A stretch of 57,453 nt of DNA from a virus (IMGVR_UViG_3300017700_000813:1-57453); one strand, 5' to 3'; shown: positions 44,681 to 54,221, counted from the first letter of the stretch. Numbers and translations are program-made. Notes: generated by a model not told the origin, from the sequence alone.

Positions 44681-47600
44681 GCGCCTTGACCGCGTCGGCA
44701 CGCTCGCGCTGCAGCTCGATCAGTCGCGCACTGCGCGCGACCGGATCCATGGTCGAGTCGTTGTAGACCCGGCGCATCTCGCTGGCGATCTCGGTCACAT
44801 CGCGCGCGGCCGTGCGGTACATCTTCACCATCGAATCCGCCGGGAGCGCGAACTCCGGGCGACCCGTGTTCGGATCCGTCATCACCTCGCCGGCGCGGCC
44901 ATTGTCGGTCGTGCGCTTGCGCACGCGCAGGCCGACATCAGCGTAGGCGGGTCCAAGTTCAGCCTGCACCTCGGCGTATTTCTCGGCACCGCCCTCGGCA
45001 TAGGCGTCCTTGAGCCGGTCGAGGTTGCGCTCGATGCGGTCCTTGTTTTCGTAGAAGCGACGGGCCTCGATGCTCTCGCGGCGGGCACCACCGACCACAG
45101 ACTTCACGATCGGCAGCTCGAACGGCTTGGCGTCGCCGGCGGCCACCTCGCGCGTCACCGTGCGGTAGAACCCGGTGACCGTGGAACCCGGGCCACCAGC
45201 GAACTGGTTGAACAGGTACTCGAGGTCGTTGGGCGAGACGTCGAGCAGGCCGTCGAGGATCTTCGGCTTGTTGTAGTCGTCGCCTCCGCCGATGCGGTTG
45301 AGTGCCAGCGCGGCCCACTTGAACGGCTCGGCCGTGCCCGGCGTGGACATGCTGGCGCGCGGCGTCTCGTAGGTGGCGAAGTCCTCGGACTGGCCGATGC
45401 GGCGGCCAAGGCTGTCCCGGTTACGCGCCATCTCCAGACCCATCTGGGCGATCGTCGGCCACATGCCGCCCTCTTCGCCGACGGCCACCGGGCTGACGGC
45501 GTCGATCGCCGTCGACGTCAGGTAGCCGAAGGCCGAAGCGAAGTGCGCTTCCTGCTTCCCGCGCCAGCTTTCGCTCATGTAGTTCGCCGCGTAGCCGCCG
45601 ACTGCCGGGAACACGTTGAAGCCGAACGGCATCGGGATACTGAACCACCTCGCATTGCCCTGCTCGTCGAAGCCCCACGGGATCACGAACGAACGGCGCT
45701 TGACGTGGTCGGGGATCTGCTCCCAGAGCGTCTCCTCGTCGTCCTCGTCGTACTTCACCATGCCCAGCGACGCGGCCAGCAGCGCCTGCCCCGTGGCCAG
45801 ACCGCCGAGCACGGCCGCCACCTTCGGGTGGCGCATCAGCATCAGCGTACGGCGGCTGCCCTGCATGCCCGCATTGAAGAACAGGTAGAGCGCGTTGATC
45901 ACGCTGCCGGACGCGCCCTTTCGGTTGAAGTTGACCGTCATCTCCTTCGCGTACTCGGCGGCCTTTTCGCGCGACCAGCCCTTGTCCTTGCGCAGGTGGG
46001 CGTACGTCGCCACGCGGATCGCGTTCTCGACGGAGTCGTTGGCGTTCTCGATCGCTTGGATCACGGTGCTGCGGGAGAAGGCTTCGCCCAGCACGTCGAG
46101 CGGGCGCGTGCGCGCGACGTCGACCAGCGACATCATCGAGTTCTCGATGTCGGCCTGCAGGGTGTCCATGTCATCGATCGCGGTCCAGCCGGTCTTGCCG
46201 CCGGCCTCGCTGAACTCGCGGGTCCAGTCGGCCATGGTCTTCTGGGCATCCGGCTTCGACGCGTCGCCGCGCTGGCTGCGCGCATCGAGGTAGGTGGCGG
46301 CCACCGCCTTCGGGTAGTTGGCCAGCACCTTGCCCAGAGACTCGGTGCCCAGCTCGGCGAGCACGCCGGTCAGGCCTTGGAACATATCGCGCGCGAGGTT
46401 GACCGGGACGAAGCCGGGATTGAAGCGGGTGAACACGGCCGACAGCCAGCGGTTGACCTTGCCGAGGTAGCGGACAATCCACTCGGCGCCCTCGGTGCCG
46501 GTGTTGCGCAGTGCCGCCACCAGCTGCGGGTGCTTGATCTGCACCCGGTACGGCTTGCCGTTGTGCTTGACCACGATCGACTCGGCGTCGTCCGGCGTGG
46601 CGATCGCGAGGTAGACCTCACCCGTGGCCTCGTTGAACTTCGGCTCCAGAATGACCGGCTCCACGCTCCAGAGCGCCGGGTTGGGGTAGGACAGCACCAG
46701 ACGCAGCAGGGCGCGGCCAACCTCGGCTTTGCCCGCCTGCACCACCGCACGCTCCGAATCGCCCACCAGCTCGGCGAGGATGTTCTTGGGCGGGGTCTTG
46801 CGGCCCAGCGCCCGCTGCACGCCGGCGCCGGCGGCGCTGATGCCCTGTCCGGTACCGCCGACGCGCGCCTCGCCGTCCTTGTCGGCGCGGAGCGGGACGT
46901 AGTTCTGGTAGCTGGCAAGGATCGTGTCGGCCTGCCCGCGCTCGAGCTGGCCGGCCTTGACCAGCGTCTCGAGGGTGTGGCGGCGGATGGCCTCCACGCG
47001 CGCACCGATCGCCTCCAGCTGCTTCAGCTGGGCCGGGGTGTAGGTGGCCAGCTTCGCCGCGGCGTCGGCGTCGCTCATGCCGCTACCGTCGTCCACGCCC
47101 GGGTTGATCGCCCGGATCTTGGCGTTGCGCTCGGTGGCGTGGCGCGCCCACAGGTAGGCTTCGACCTCGGCCACCGACATGCCGGTCGCCTTGATGGCGG
47201 CCTTCAGCGGCTCGACCATGGTCTGGCGGAACTTCTCGATCCCGTCCGCCACCTTGCCGTGCATCTGGTTCTCGGCGCGGTACACGTTCTGGGCGTCGTC
47301 GAGCGAGCGGCCCAGCTGCGACTCGATCTCGCGCTGCACGTCGCGCACGTCGATCATCTTGTCCTGCAGGGCGCGGCGGATCTTCCGGCGCACGGTCTCG
47401 CCGCGGGCCTTGATCGGATCGCTGGTATCCCACAGGAAGCTGCCCTGCTGGTAGCCCTCTGCCGCGAGGAAACCGAGCACGTCGTTGCGCTTCTGGTGAG
47501 CCTTGATCACCTTGTAATCATTGCTGGCGCGCCAGTCGGCCACGCGCTTGGCCGCGATGTAGGCGGACTCGGCGGCATCGAGCGACTCGGCCAGCTGGTC

Positions 47601-50600
47601 GACCAGCAGCTCGCGCTCCTTGAGCGACATGCTGCCGCTGCGGCGCTCGGCCTTGTCGATCAGGCGGTTCGCTTCCGCGGCCTTGGCGCGCACCGTTCGC
47701 TGCTGATCCTCGATCAGGGCCATCATGTCGCGGATCTCGTCGTACCGCTTCAGCGCCTCGCGGTCGCCGGCCAGCGTGGCCCGGCGCTCCGGGGTCAGCT
47801 CACGGCGGGCGTCCTTGAGATCCTGCGCGAAGTCAGGCGACACGCTCACCTCGCCGATCAGGATCCGGGCGCGATTCGTCCACGCGCGCAGCTGCTCGGC
47901 CGTGACGAACTGGGTCGTGAGTTCGCGGGCAAGCTGGCTCTTGCGCTCACGCAGCTGGGCGGCGGTCTGGCGCGCGGCCTGCGTGGCGGCGCGCGACTGC
48001 ATCGGCGCCTCAGCCGGCGTCTCGTCGCCCGGATTGAGAACAGCCTGCTCTTCCGGCCCGAGCTTGATGGTGCCGGTGAACGGCGCGGCCGCCCGCAGCG
48101 TGGCCACCTCTTCCTCGGTGGCGTCGTACTTGATCGTGACGTGCGGCGTGTAGTCGCTGCCGTAGTCGTGGCTCGCACCGGCGGCACGGTATCGACGGTG
48201 TCCGGACTCGAGCTGCGGGGCCAGCACCGGCATGGCCAGCGCGGAGCGGAGCTTGATCGGGCGGCCGGCGGTGGAGGCGGAGATGTCGCCGCCGGCGGGC
48301 GGGGCGTCGATGACGTCGACCGGGGCGCGCGAGTAGGTGACCGTGACGTGCATCTCGGACATCGGGAGCACGCCGGACAGGCCGGCAGCCTCAGCCCAGC
48401 GGCGCAGGCCGCCGTCATCGGTGACGGGCCGGGCGACGTACAGGGGCGTCGGCGTGCCGGGCACGGGGGCCGCGGCACGCGACTGGGGTGCCGCGCTTAC
48501 TTCGGCTTGCGGGGTGCCGGCTTCGACGTCGCGGCCGTAGCGGCCGGCGAAGGCGCGGTTTGCGGCTTCGATACGCGGCGCGAGAACACGGTCTGCCCAC
48601 TCGGCAGCGGATCGATGCCCGGCTTCAGCAGCCGCACGGAGGTAACCTTGCCCATCGGTGTCTTCCTTCCAGTCGTTGGAGATGAGATTGCCGTCGCTAC
48701 GGAACAGCTCGACCGCGATGTCATCGTGATCGATGGCCCGGGTTGCGGCCGACTCAATCATCTCATGGAACACGGGATTCTGTACAGAGCCGAAGTTCAG
48801 GACGCGCAGGCCGTCCGGCGTCGAGATGATGGCGAAGTCGTCGGCGGATCCGCCGCGCTCGCGGGCACGGCCATCCAGCTCGCCGTAGAAGCGCAGCGTC
48901 TCCTCGCCGGTCAGCACGCGGCCAGCACGGATCTCCACGCCGTTCGCGTCCCGCTTGCTGGTCGCGTAGTCGGGGCGGTGCCAGCCCATGCCCTCCTGCC
49001 GCAGCAGGCGCCCGAGGATCGCCGCGTAGGCGGTGACCATGTTCTGGGCGTCGGGGTCCACGAGGTTGCGATCGGCGCCGGAGATCTCCTCGCCGGCGGC
49101 CTCTCGCCGCGCGAGATCTTTCGCGTAGTCCTTGGCCTTCTTGCGCAGCGGGAGCGTGATGACGGACTGGCCGCCGGCCGCGACCTCGCCCTGCCACACG
49201 CCCGGCGCCGCGGCGTAGTCGACCACGGGGAGACCGAGCTGGCTGGCCAGAAGATCCTCGCCGTCGCGTCCGAGCAGGGCCTGATGGATCTCCTCCTGAT
49301 ACGCGGCCTGCACCTCGAACGGCGCATCGTTGACCCACTGCATGGGGCCGCCGGCGGTGCGGCCCGGACGCGCCTCCCAGCTGATCTGGCCGAGGTAGTC
49401 GCGCATGGCGTTGCTGTAGTTGTACTCGCCCACGCGCAGCAGCTCCGGCGTGAGCTGGCGGGTCAGCGCATCCTCGAGCCAGCGGCGGCGGTGATTGGCC
49501 GCGCCCTCGGCGCCGGAGAACTGGCGCGCACCGTCAACGATCTTCAGGTCGCCGGCGGCGATCGAGGCTTCGTCGACCGCGCGGTTCGCGGAGCGGTCGC
49601 CGTTCATGCGCGTCTTCAGCGCCACCCAGATGGCGGCCTGCGCATGCTGCGGCTCCCAGCCAAGCTTCTGCGCAAGGCGGTTGGTCTCGATCTCAATGAA
49701 ACGGTACTGGCTGTCGTTGGGCGCGTCGGTCTCGTACTGGAAGGCGCGAGCCATCCACATATCGCCGGTCACGCCCTGCACGTCGGCGCCGTACTTCTCA
49801 GGATCCACGGCGCGCATCAGGTTGTTGTAGAAGTTGTTGGTCTTCTCTCCCGTCCACGGCTTGCCGTCGCGCACCACGGCCTCGGCGTTGCGATCCTGCG
49901 CGCCGGTCTTCACGTTGACCGGCTTTCCGGCCTTGATCTGCAGCCACGCGCGCAGCGCGAACACGAAGTTCGGCGCGATGTCGGCCTGCGGGGAGTAGAT
50001 GGCCACGAGCTGCATGAACTTGCGGGCATCCTCCTTGTTGCCGCCGACCATCTGCAGCACGGCGCGGCCGCTGTTCTCGTACCAGAAGCGGCCGCTTTCG
50101 CCCTCGAGTGCGAGCTTCTCGATCGCCTCGCGCATGGCCGGAAGCTTCGCCTCGGTGTCGAACTGCGGAGGGGCGCCGACGACCTTGCCGTCCTTGATGA
50201 CGTGCTCGTACACCACGCCGGCGCGCGATGCGGCATTGGTCTCGCCGGCGATGGTGGCGAGGATCCTCGGCGACTGGTTGACGGTGAAGGTCAGGCGACC
50301 CTTGGCCAGCTTGCCCTTGTCAGTGATGCCGCGCTCGGCCAGCAGCTCGCGCAGCTCATCGATGCCCTCGAGCACGGAGACGGCACCATCGGGCGCTACC
50401 TCGAACTCGATCTCCGGGTTGACGATCGAGCGCGACTGCGGCGTACCGGCGACGCCAGCGGATCCGGAGCGCGTCGCCTTGTAGGCGTTGCGGATCAGGT
50501 CGATCACCTGCGCATCGGACATCGGTGCGCCGGCGTTGAAGGCGAACCGCTTCACGGCGTCAATGATCTTCTGTACGGTGCCGCGCGCAGCCTTCGCCGC

Positions 50601-53600
50601 GGCGCGGGCATCGGTCTCGGCGGCCATGCCGGCACCGTAGCGGGACACCAGTGCATCCATGTCGCCCGTGAACATCGCGGCCGCCACCTCGGCGATCGCC
50701 TCCTCAAGGAATCCCGACAACGGGATCTCGCGCGCACCGGCGGCGCCGCGCGCACGCTCGGCGTCGGCCTCGGCCTTCATGGCCCGGGCGATGCCGGCGA
50801 GCAGCGGGTTGGTGCCCGCCTCGTCCAACAGCTTGGCCAGCTGGTCACCGGGCAGCAGCGAGCGCAGGCCGTTGTGGCCGGCGAACTCGTGCATGGTCAC
50901 CCAGATGGCGCGGGCCGGGTCGCTGATGGCGCCGGCAAACAGGTAGACGGTGCCCTCGTGGTAGATGCCCTCGGTCTGGCCGTCCAGCCCGCGGCTCGAG
51001 ACGGCCTTGGGCAGATCCTTCGGGGAGGCGAGCACGCGCACCTTACCGGCGGGAATCTCCAGCTTGGCCAGCAGCGCGGACACCGCGCGGCCGATCGGGC
51101 TATCCTGTACAATATCTCCATCACCAGCAGAGGATTCAGCCGTGTCCGAAGTATTCGCAGGCGTGACCGTGCCCCCGGCAGGCGGCGACGTGGTGTTCAT
51201 GGGCCGCAACGACTCGGACGTGTTCGCGTTCGTGACGCTGTCGCCCGGCACGCCGGTGTCCGGCACCAAGTTCCTGCCGTCCGGCGAGGCCGTGGCCATC
51301 TCCGGCGACGCCGCGACGTCGGTGCTCAACCCCGACTCTTGGTCGCCGCTGACGCGCGCGGAGTTCGTCGCCGAGCTGGCCAAGCTGCCCGCCTCGGCGT
51401 AGAGCTTCTTCTGCGCGGCCACCGCGCGATCGAACCGCATGATCTCGGCCGGCGTCGCCGTGCCATCGGAGATCTTCCGGTCGAGCGTGCGCGTGGCCTC
51501 GTAGTGCTTGTGGCCCATGGCCTTCGCATCGGCCATCGCGCGCGTCATCAGCTGGATCTCGGCCTTCGAGCCGCCCGGCATTTGCACCACGAGGTTGATG
51601 TCGCGGTAGCCGAAGCCCTTGTCCTTCGTGCCCGGCGCCAGCGTGTCCTTGTCCTTGACGACGGTCATCGTGCCGCGGATCTCGGACGCTGCGGCCAGCG
51701 CCGCCTCCGGCGTGTCGAAGACCACGGTGCCGCGCAGTAGGTCGGACAGCTTGCTGATGTCGCCGTTGTAATCCTCGCTGACCTTTTCCTCGGCGCGCGT
51801 ACGGCCCTTGAGCGGGGCGATGATTGCCTCACCGCCCAGCCGCTGGCCCAGCCCCTCGAGGGTGGACCGGTAGGCGGGAAGCTCGGATTCGGCCAGCTCG
51901 TAGGCCGCGGTCAGCGCCGCATCACTCTCGGGCGCCAGCATGCCGCGCGGCATGCGCCAGCCCTCGCTGCCCTTCGGCGCCTCGACGATGCGCACGGGCA
52001 TGTCGCGCAAACCGATCTGCTCGGCCGCGGCGAAACTGCCGTTGCCGTCGATGATCTCGTAGGTGCCATCCTCGAGCAGGCGGACGTCGATTGGGTCGCG
52101 TCGCTCGATGACGCCCGCGGCCGTGGCGGCCATGCGCTTGAGCGCGTTCGTGGCCACGCGCTCGGACTTGGTCGGGCGCAGCTGGGACAGCGGCACGACG
52201 GCGTCGCCCTTCTTCGCGCTGAAGTAGCGCGCCGAGCTATCGGTCGGCAGCTGCTCGGGCGTCGGGTCCGGCAGCGTGTCGATGTTGGCCTTGAGATAGG
52301 GCTTGGCCTCGTCGCCCGGCAGCAGGCTGGGCACGCCCTTTGCGTAGCGGCTGGCCACCGGGGGCGGCGCCACCATGTCAGCGCGCGACAGGCCGCGCGG
52401 GGCCGTCGCCGGCGGCGGCAGCGCAGGGCCTGCGGCCGGCAGCTTGGCCGGCGGCGGCGGGGGAAGCCCACGCCGGCGCGACTGGGTCGGCGCGGTACCG
52501 CCCTGCTGCTGCAGGGCCGCCATAGCCTCGGCGCCGCCCGGGCCGGCGGCCGCGCGGATCTCCGGATCCAGACCGGCAAGGGCATCGAGCGGATCCTGAC
52601 CGGCGGTCAGGTCGACGGGTGCCGGCCGGCCAGCTCCGGAGGCTTCACCCGTTTCGGGTGCCGGGCTGGCAGGCGCGGCCGGCTGGGGCGCCGGGGCGGC
52701 GGCAGGCGCTGCGATCGGCCCGGGGGCCGCGGCGGTGGGAGCGGGTGCGGGGGCCGCGGGCGCCTGCGCGCTCTGAGGCGGTCCCGTGAAGGCGCCGCGC
52801 TTGGCCGCCGCGTAGATCTCGGCCACGTCCCGCTGGGCCTGCCCGGCCGGGTCGGTCGTGTCGGTGGGCTGGGTGGTCAGGATGTCGGCCACCTTGGTCG
52901 GGCTGGCGAGCGCGCCGGCGCCGCCGCCGACGCCACCGCCGATGATGCCCTCCATGACCGCCGCGGTACCGACGCCCTTGGTGATGTCGTCGGCCGAGCG
53001 CACGCCGCCGGCCACCTCGCCGAAGTTCTGGGACAGCTGGTCGGCGCCGCCCTCGACGGCCTCGGAGGCGAATTCCTTCGCACCGCCCATCAGGGTCCGG
53101 CCCGCGCGCCCGGCCGCACCGGTGGCCTCGTCGAGGATCTGGCCGAAGCCGGGACGCGCGCCCGCGGCCGCGCGATCGGCGACGTTCAGGCCGAGCTTGG
53201 TGCTCGCGCCCATCAGGGCCACGTTGGCGGGCAGCGACAGGGTCAGCGCCGCGTCGCCGGCGCGGCGCGCCATGATGTCGCGGATCTCCGCCGGGCTGCG
53301 GCCCTCGGCCTGCAGCTCCTGCGCCATCGGGGTCGCGAGCAGCTGCTCCTCGGACAGGCTGCGCACGGCATCGGCCGCGCCCTCGGCGTTGAGCGTGGAC
53401 GCCACACCGCCCTGCGCCTGCGCGGACGCCATCGTGGCCAGCTCGTCGGTGGCGCCAGCGGCCTTCAGTCCACGGCCGGCGATACCGCCGCCGAGCAGGA
53501 ACGCCGCCACGTCGGGGCCGAACGCGTTGGCCGTGTCCAGCGGGCTGGTGATCATGTTCTTGGCGCCGGCCCAGAGGCCCTTGTCGAACTCGCCGGCGAT

Positions 53601-54221
53601 GGCGGCCTTGTCGGCCTTGGTCTCGTCGCTCAGCGACTCGCGCGCGGAATCGGCGTACTCGCCGGCGACGCCGGCGACGGAGGTCGCGAACTGGGTCTTC
53701 GTTTCATCCTCGAGCGACAGCTCACCGGCGGCGGCGCGGCGCGCGTTCTCGGCGTCGCGCGCGGTCTGGTTGCTGTCGCGGATCCGCGCCGCGGTGTCGC
53801 GGTTGCTGGCGGCCATGGGCTGCGCAGACTTGGGGCCGAAGCGTTCGATCAGGCTGGCCTGCACGTCACCGAGCGTGGCCAGCGCATTGCCGCCGGCTTC
53901 CTTCACTCGGCCGACCGTCTCGACCATGCCGCCGATGACGGGGATGTCGCGCGCCATCAGCTCGAAGCGAGCGGCGCGCGTGCCCGGGGCATTGGCCAGT
54001 GGTGCCGCATCGGGCTGCGCCATGTCGGCGACGTTACCGCCGGCATCGATCAGGGCCGCGCCGGTACCGACGACGGGATCGGAAACGGCTTCGCCGATCG
54101 ACCGATCAGGTGCAATGCTCCGGGGATCGAGACCACCGATCGCCGCCTGAATCTGCTCTGCCGTCATGCCATCGGGGAACTCTGCCACCGTCCCGTTTGG
54201 CAGCTGAACGCGCTGCACCAT
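44628..54221 (-). CDS. Giant polyvalent internal virion/ejection protein (3197 aa): ParB-like, RelA/SpoT, zincin MPTase, HhH-glycosylase-like, 2H phosphoesterase, LPD38-like
   Basis: PIDV...YEIIDGNG (about 51975-52200); LKG-x-x-RA-x-EK, DLLRGT, GYRDIN, EIQL (about 51390-51920); HEFAGH...EEAIAE (about 50480-51000); FWY...SPQ...KTNNFYNNL...VTGDMWM-x-RA (about 49610-50100); HVTVTYS and PHVTIKY (about 48045-48450); TVNFNRKG, LYLFFNA-x-x-QG, IPMPFGF (C-terminal). Confidence 0.85.
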   Translation of the reverse strand: MVQRVQLPNGTVAEFPDGMTAEQIQAAIGGLDPRSIAPDRSIGEAVSDPVVGTGAALIDAGGNVADMAQPDAAPLANAPGTRAARFELMARDIPVIGGMVETVGRVKEAGGNALATLGDVQASLIERFGPKSAQPMAASNRDTAARIRDSNQTARDAENARRAAAGELSLEDETKTQFATSVAGVAGEYADSARESLSDETKADKAAIAGEFDKGLWAGAKNMITSPLDTANAFGPDVAAFLLGGGIAGRGLKAAGATDELATMASAQAQGGVASTLNAEGAADAVRSLSEEQLLATPMAQELQAEGRSPAEIRDIMARRAGDAALTLSLPANVALMGASTKLGLNVADRAAAGARPGFGQILDEATGAAGRAGRTLMGGAKEFASEAVEGGADQLSQNFGEVAGGVRSADDITKGVGTAAVMEGIIGGGVGGGAGALASPTKVADILTTQPTDTTDPAGQAQRDVAEIYAAAKRGAFTGPPQSAQAPAAPAPAPTAAAPGPIAAPAAAPAPQPAAPASPAPETGEASGAGRPAPVDLTAGQDPLDALAGLDPEIRAAAGPGGAEAMAALQQQGGTAPTQSRRRGLPPPPPAKLPAAGPALPPPATAPRGLSRADMVAPPPVASRYAKGVPSLLPGDEAKPYLKANIDTLPDPTPEQLPTDSSARYFSAKKGDAVVPLSQLRPTKSERVATNALKRMAATAAGVIERRDPIDVRLLEDGTYEIIDGNGSFAAAEQIGLRDMPVRIVEAPKGSEGWRMPRGMLAPESDAALTAAYELAESELPAYRSTLEGLGQRLGGEAIIAPLKGRTRAEEKVSEDYNGDISKLSDLLRGTVVFDTPEAALAAASEIRGTMTVVKDKDTLAPGTKDKGFGYRDINLVVQMPGGSKAEIQLMTRAMADAKAMGHKHYEATRTLDRKISDGTATPAEIMRFDRAVAAQKKLYAEAGSLASSATNSARVSGDQESGLSTDVAASPEMATASPDGRNLVPDTGVPGDSVTNANTSESLRPMNTTSPPAGGTVTPANTSDTAESSAGDGDIVQDSPIGRAVSALLAKLEIPAGKVRVLASPKDLPKAVSSRGLDGQTEGIYHEGTVYLFAGAISDPARAIWVTMHEFAGHNGLRSLLPGDQLAKLLDEAGTNPLLAGIARAMKAEADAERARGAAGAREIPLSGFLEEAIAEVAAAMFTGDMDALVSRYGAGMAAETDARAAAKAARGTVQKIIDAVKRFAFNAGAPMSDAQVIDLIRNAYKATRSGSAGVAGTPQSRSIVNPEIEFEVAPDGAVSVLEGIDELRELLAERGITDKGKLAKGRLTFTVNQSPRILATIAGETNAASRAGVVYEHVIKDGKVVGAPPQFDTEAKLPAMREAIEKLALEGESGRFWYENSGRAVLQMVGGNKEDARKFMQLVAIYSPQADIAPNFVFALRAWLQIKAGKPVNVKTGAQDRNAEAVVRDGKPWTGEKTNNFYNNLMRAVDPEKYGADVQGVTGDMWMARAFQYETDAPNDSQYRFIEIETNRLAQKLGWEPQHAQAAIWVALKTRMNGDRSANRAVDEASIAAGDLKIVDGARQFSGAEGAANHRRRWLEDALTRQLTPELLRVGEYNYSNAMRDYLGQISWEARPGRTAGGPMQWVNDAPFEVQAAYQEEIHQALLGRDGEDLLASQLGLPVVDYAAAPGVWQGEVAAGGQSVITLPLRKKAKDYAKDLARREAAGEEISGADRNLVDPDAQNMVTAYAAILGRLLRQEGMGWHRPDYATSKRDANGVEIRAGRVLTGEETLRFYGELDGRARERGGSADDFAIISTPDGLRVLNFGSVQNPVFHEMIESAATRAIDHDDIAVELFRSDGNLISNDWKEDTDGQGYLRAAAEAGHRSAAEWADRVLAPRIEAANRAFAGRYGRDVEAGTPQAEVSAAPQSRAAAPVPGTPTPLYVARPVTDDGGLRRWAEAAGLSGVLPMSEMHVTVTYSRAPVDVIDAPPAGGDISASTAGRPIKLRSALAMPVLAPQLESGHRRYRAAGASHDYGSDYTPHVTIKYDATEEEVATLRAAAPFTGTIKLGPEEQAVLNPGDETPAEAPMQSRAATQAARQTAAQLRERKSQLARELTTQFVTAEQLRAWTNRARILIGEVSVSPDFAQDLKDARRELTPERRATLAGDREALKRYDEIRDMMALIEDQQRTVRAKAAEANRLIDKAERRSGSMSLKERELLVDQLAESLDAAESAYIAAKRVADWRASNDYKVIKAHQKRNDVLGFLAAEGYQQGSFLWDTSDPIKARGETVRRKIRRALQDKMIDVRDVQREIESQLGRSLDDAQNVYRAENQMHGKVADGIEKFRQTMVEPLKAAIKATGMSVAEVEAYLWARHATERNAKIRAINPGVDDGSGMSDADAAAKLATYTPAQLKQLEAIGARVEAIRRHTLETLVKAGQLERGQADTILASYQNYVPLRADKDGEARVGGTGQGISAAGAGVQRALGRKTPPKNILAELVGDSERAVVQAGKAEVGRALLRLVLSYPNPALWSVEPVILEPKFNEATGEVYLAIATPDDAESIVVKHNGKPYRVQIKHPQLVAALRNTGTEGAEWIVRYLGKVNRWLSAVFTRFNPGFVPVNLARDMFQGLTGVLAELGTESLGKVLANYPKAVAATYLDARSQRGDASKPDAQKTMADWTREFSEAGGKTGWTAIDDMDTLQADIENSMMSLVDVARTRPLDVLGEAFSRSTVIQAIENANDSVENAIRVATYAHLRKDKGWSREKAAEYAKEMTVNFNRKGASGSVINALYLFFNAGMQGSRRTLMLMRHPKVAAVLGGLATGQALLAASLGMVKYDEDDEETLWEQIPDHVKRRSFVIPWGFDEQGNARWFSIPMPFGFNVFPAVGGYAANYMSESWRGKQEAHFASAFGYLTSTAIDAVSPVAVGEEGGMWPTIAQMGLEMARNRDSLGRRIGQSEDFATYETPRASMSTPGTAEPFKWAALALNRIGGGDDYNKPKILDGLLDVSPNDLEYLFNQFAGGPGSTVTGFYRTVTREVAAGDAKPFELPIVKSVVGGARRESIEARRFYENKDRIERNLDRLKDAYAEGGAEKYAEVQAELGPAYADVGLRVRKRTTDNGRAGEVMTDPNTGRPEFALPADSMVKMYRTAARDVTEIASEMRRVYNDSTMDPVARSARLIELQRERADAVKALNRRMSAEDAAAGRRGE
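48497..48655 (-). CDS. Candidate overprinted 52-aa ORF in an alternative frame inside the giant gene
   Basis: GGAAGGAAGA RBS then ATG; GC3 bias switches from the main frame to this frame. Confidence 0.4.
   Translation of the reverse strand: MGKVTSVRLLKPGIDPLPSGQTVFSRRVSKPQTAPSPAATAATSKPAPRKPK
51142..51402 (+). CDS. Candidate nested antisense gene (86 aa), putative immunity protein for the RelA/SpoT domain
   Basis: AGAGGA RBS 7 nt before GTG; TACAAT at 51108-51113; globular-protein composition, while the host frame reads as shadow-like linker. Confidence 0.6.
   Translation: MSEVFAGVTVPPAGGDVVFMGRNDSDVFAFVTLSPGTPVSGTKFLPSGEAVAISGDAATSVLNPDSWSPLTRAEFVAELAKLPASA

Noticed and set aside
22075-51113. 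TGTACA hexamer near several promoters (22075, 22166, 33318, 42108, 51106)
   Set aside because: A six-base palindrome that also occurs in coding regions; it cannot be distinguished from chance without counting.
45543-51740. 2065-aa plus-strand ORF and similar long antisense ORFs (636..3794, 8639..10465, 12811..14460, 26355..28502)
   Set aside because: These are codon-mirror shadows of real genes in a high-GC genome, with unnatural composition and no RBS or motifs. Only 51142-51402 shows inverted coding signal.
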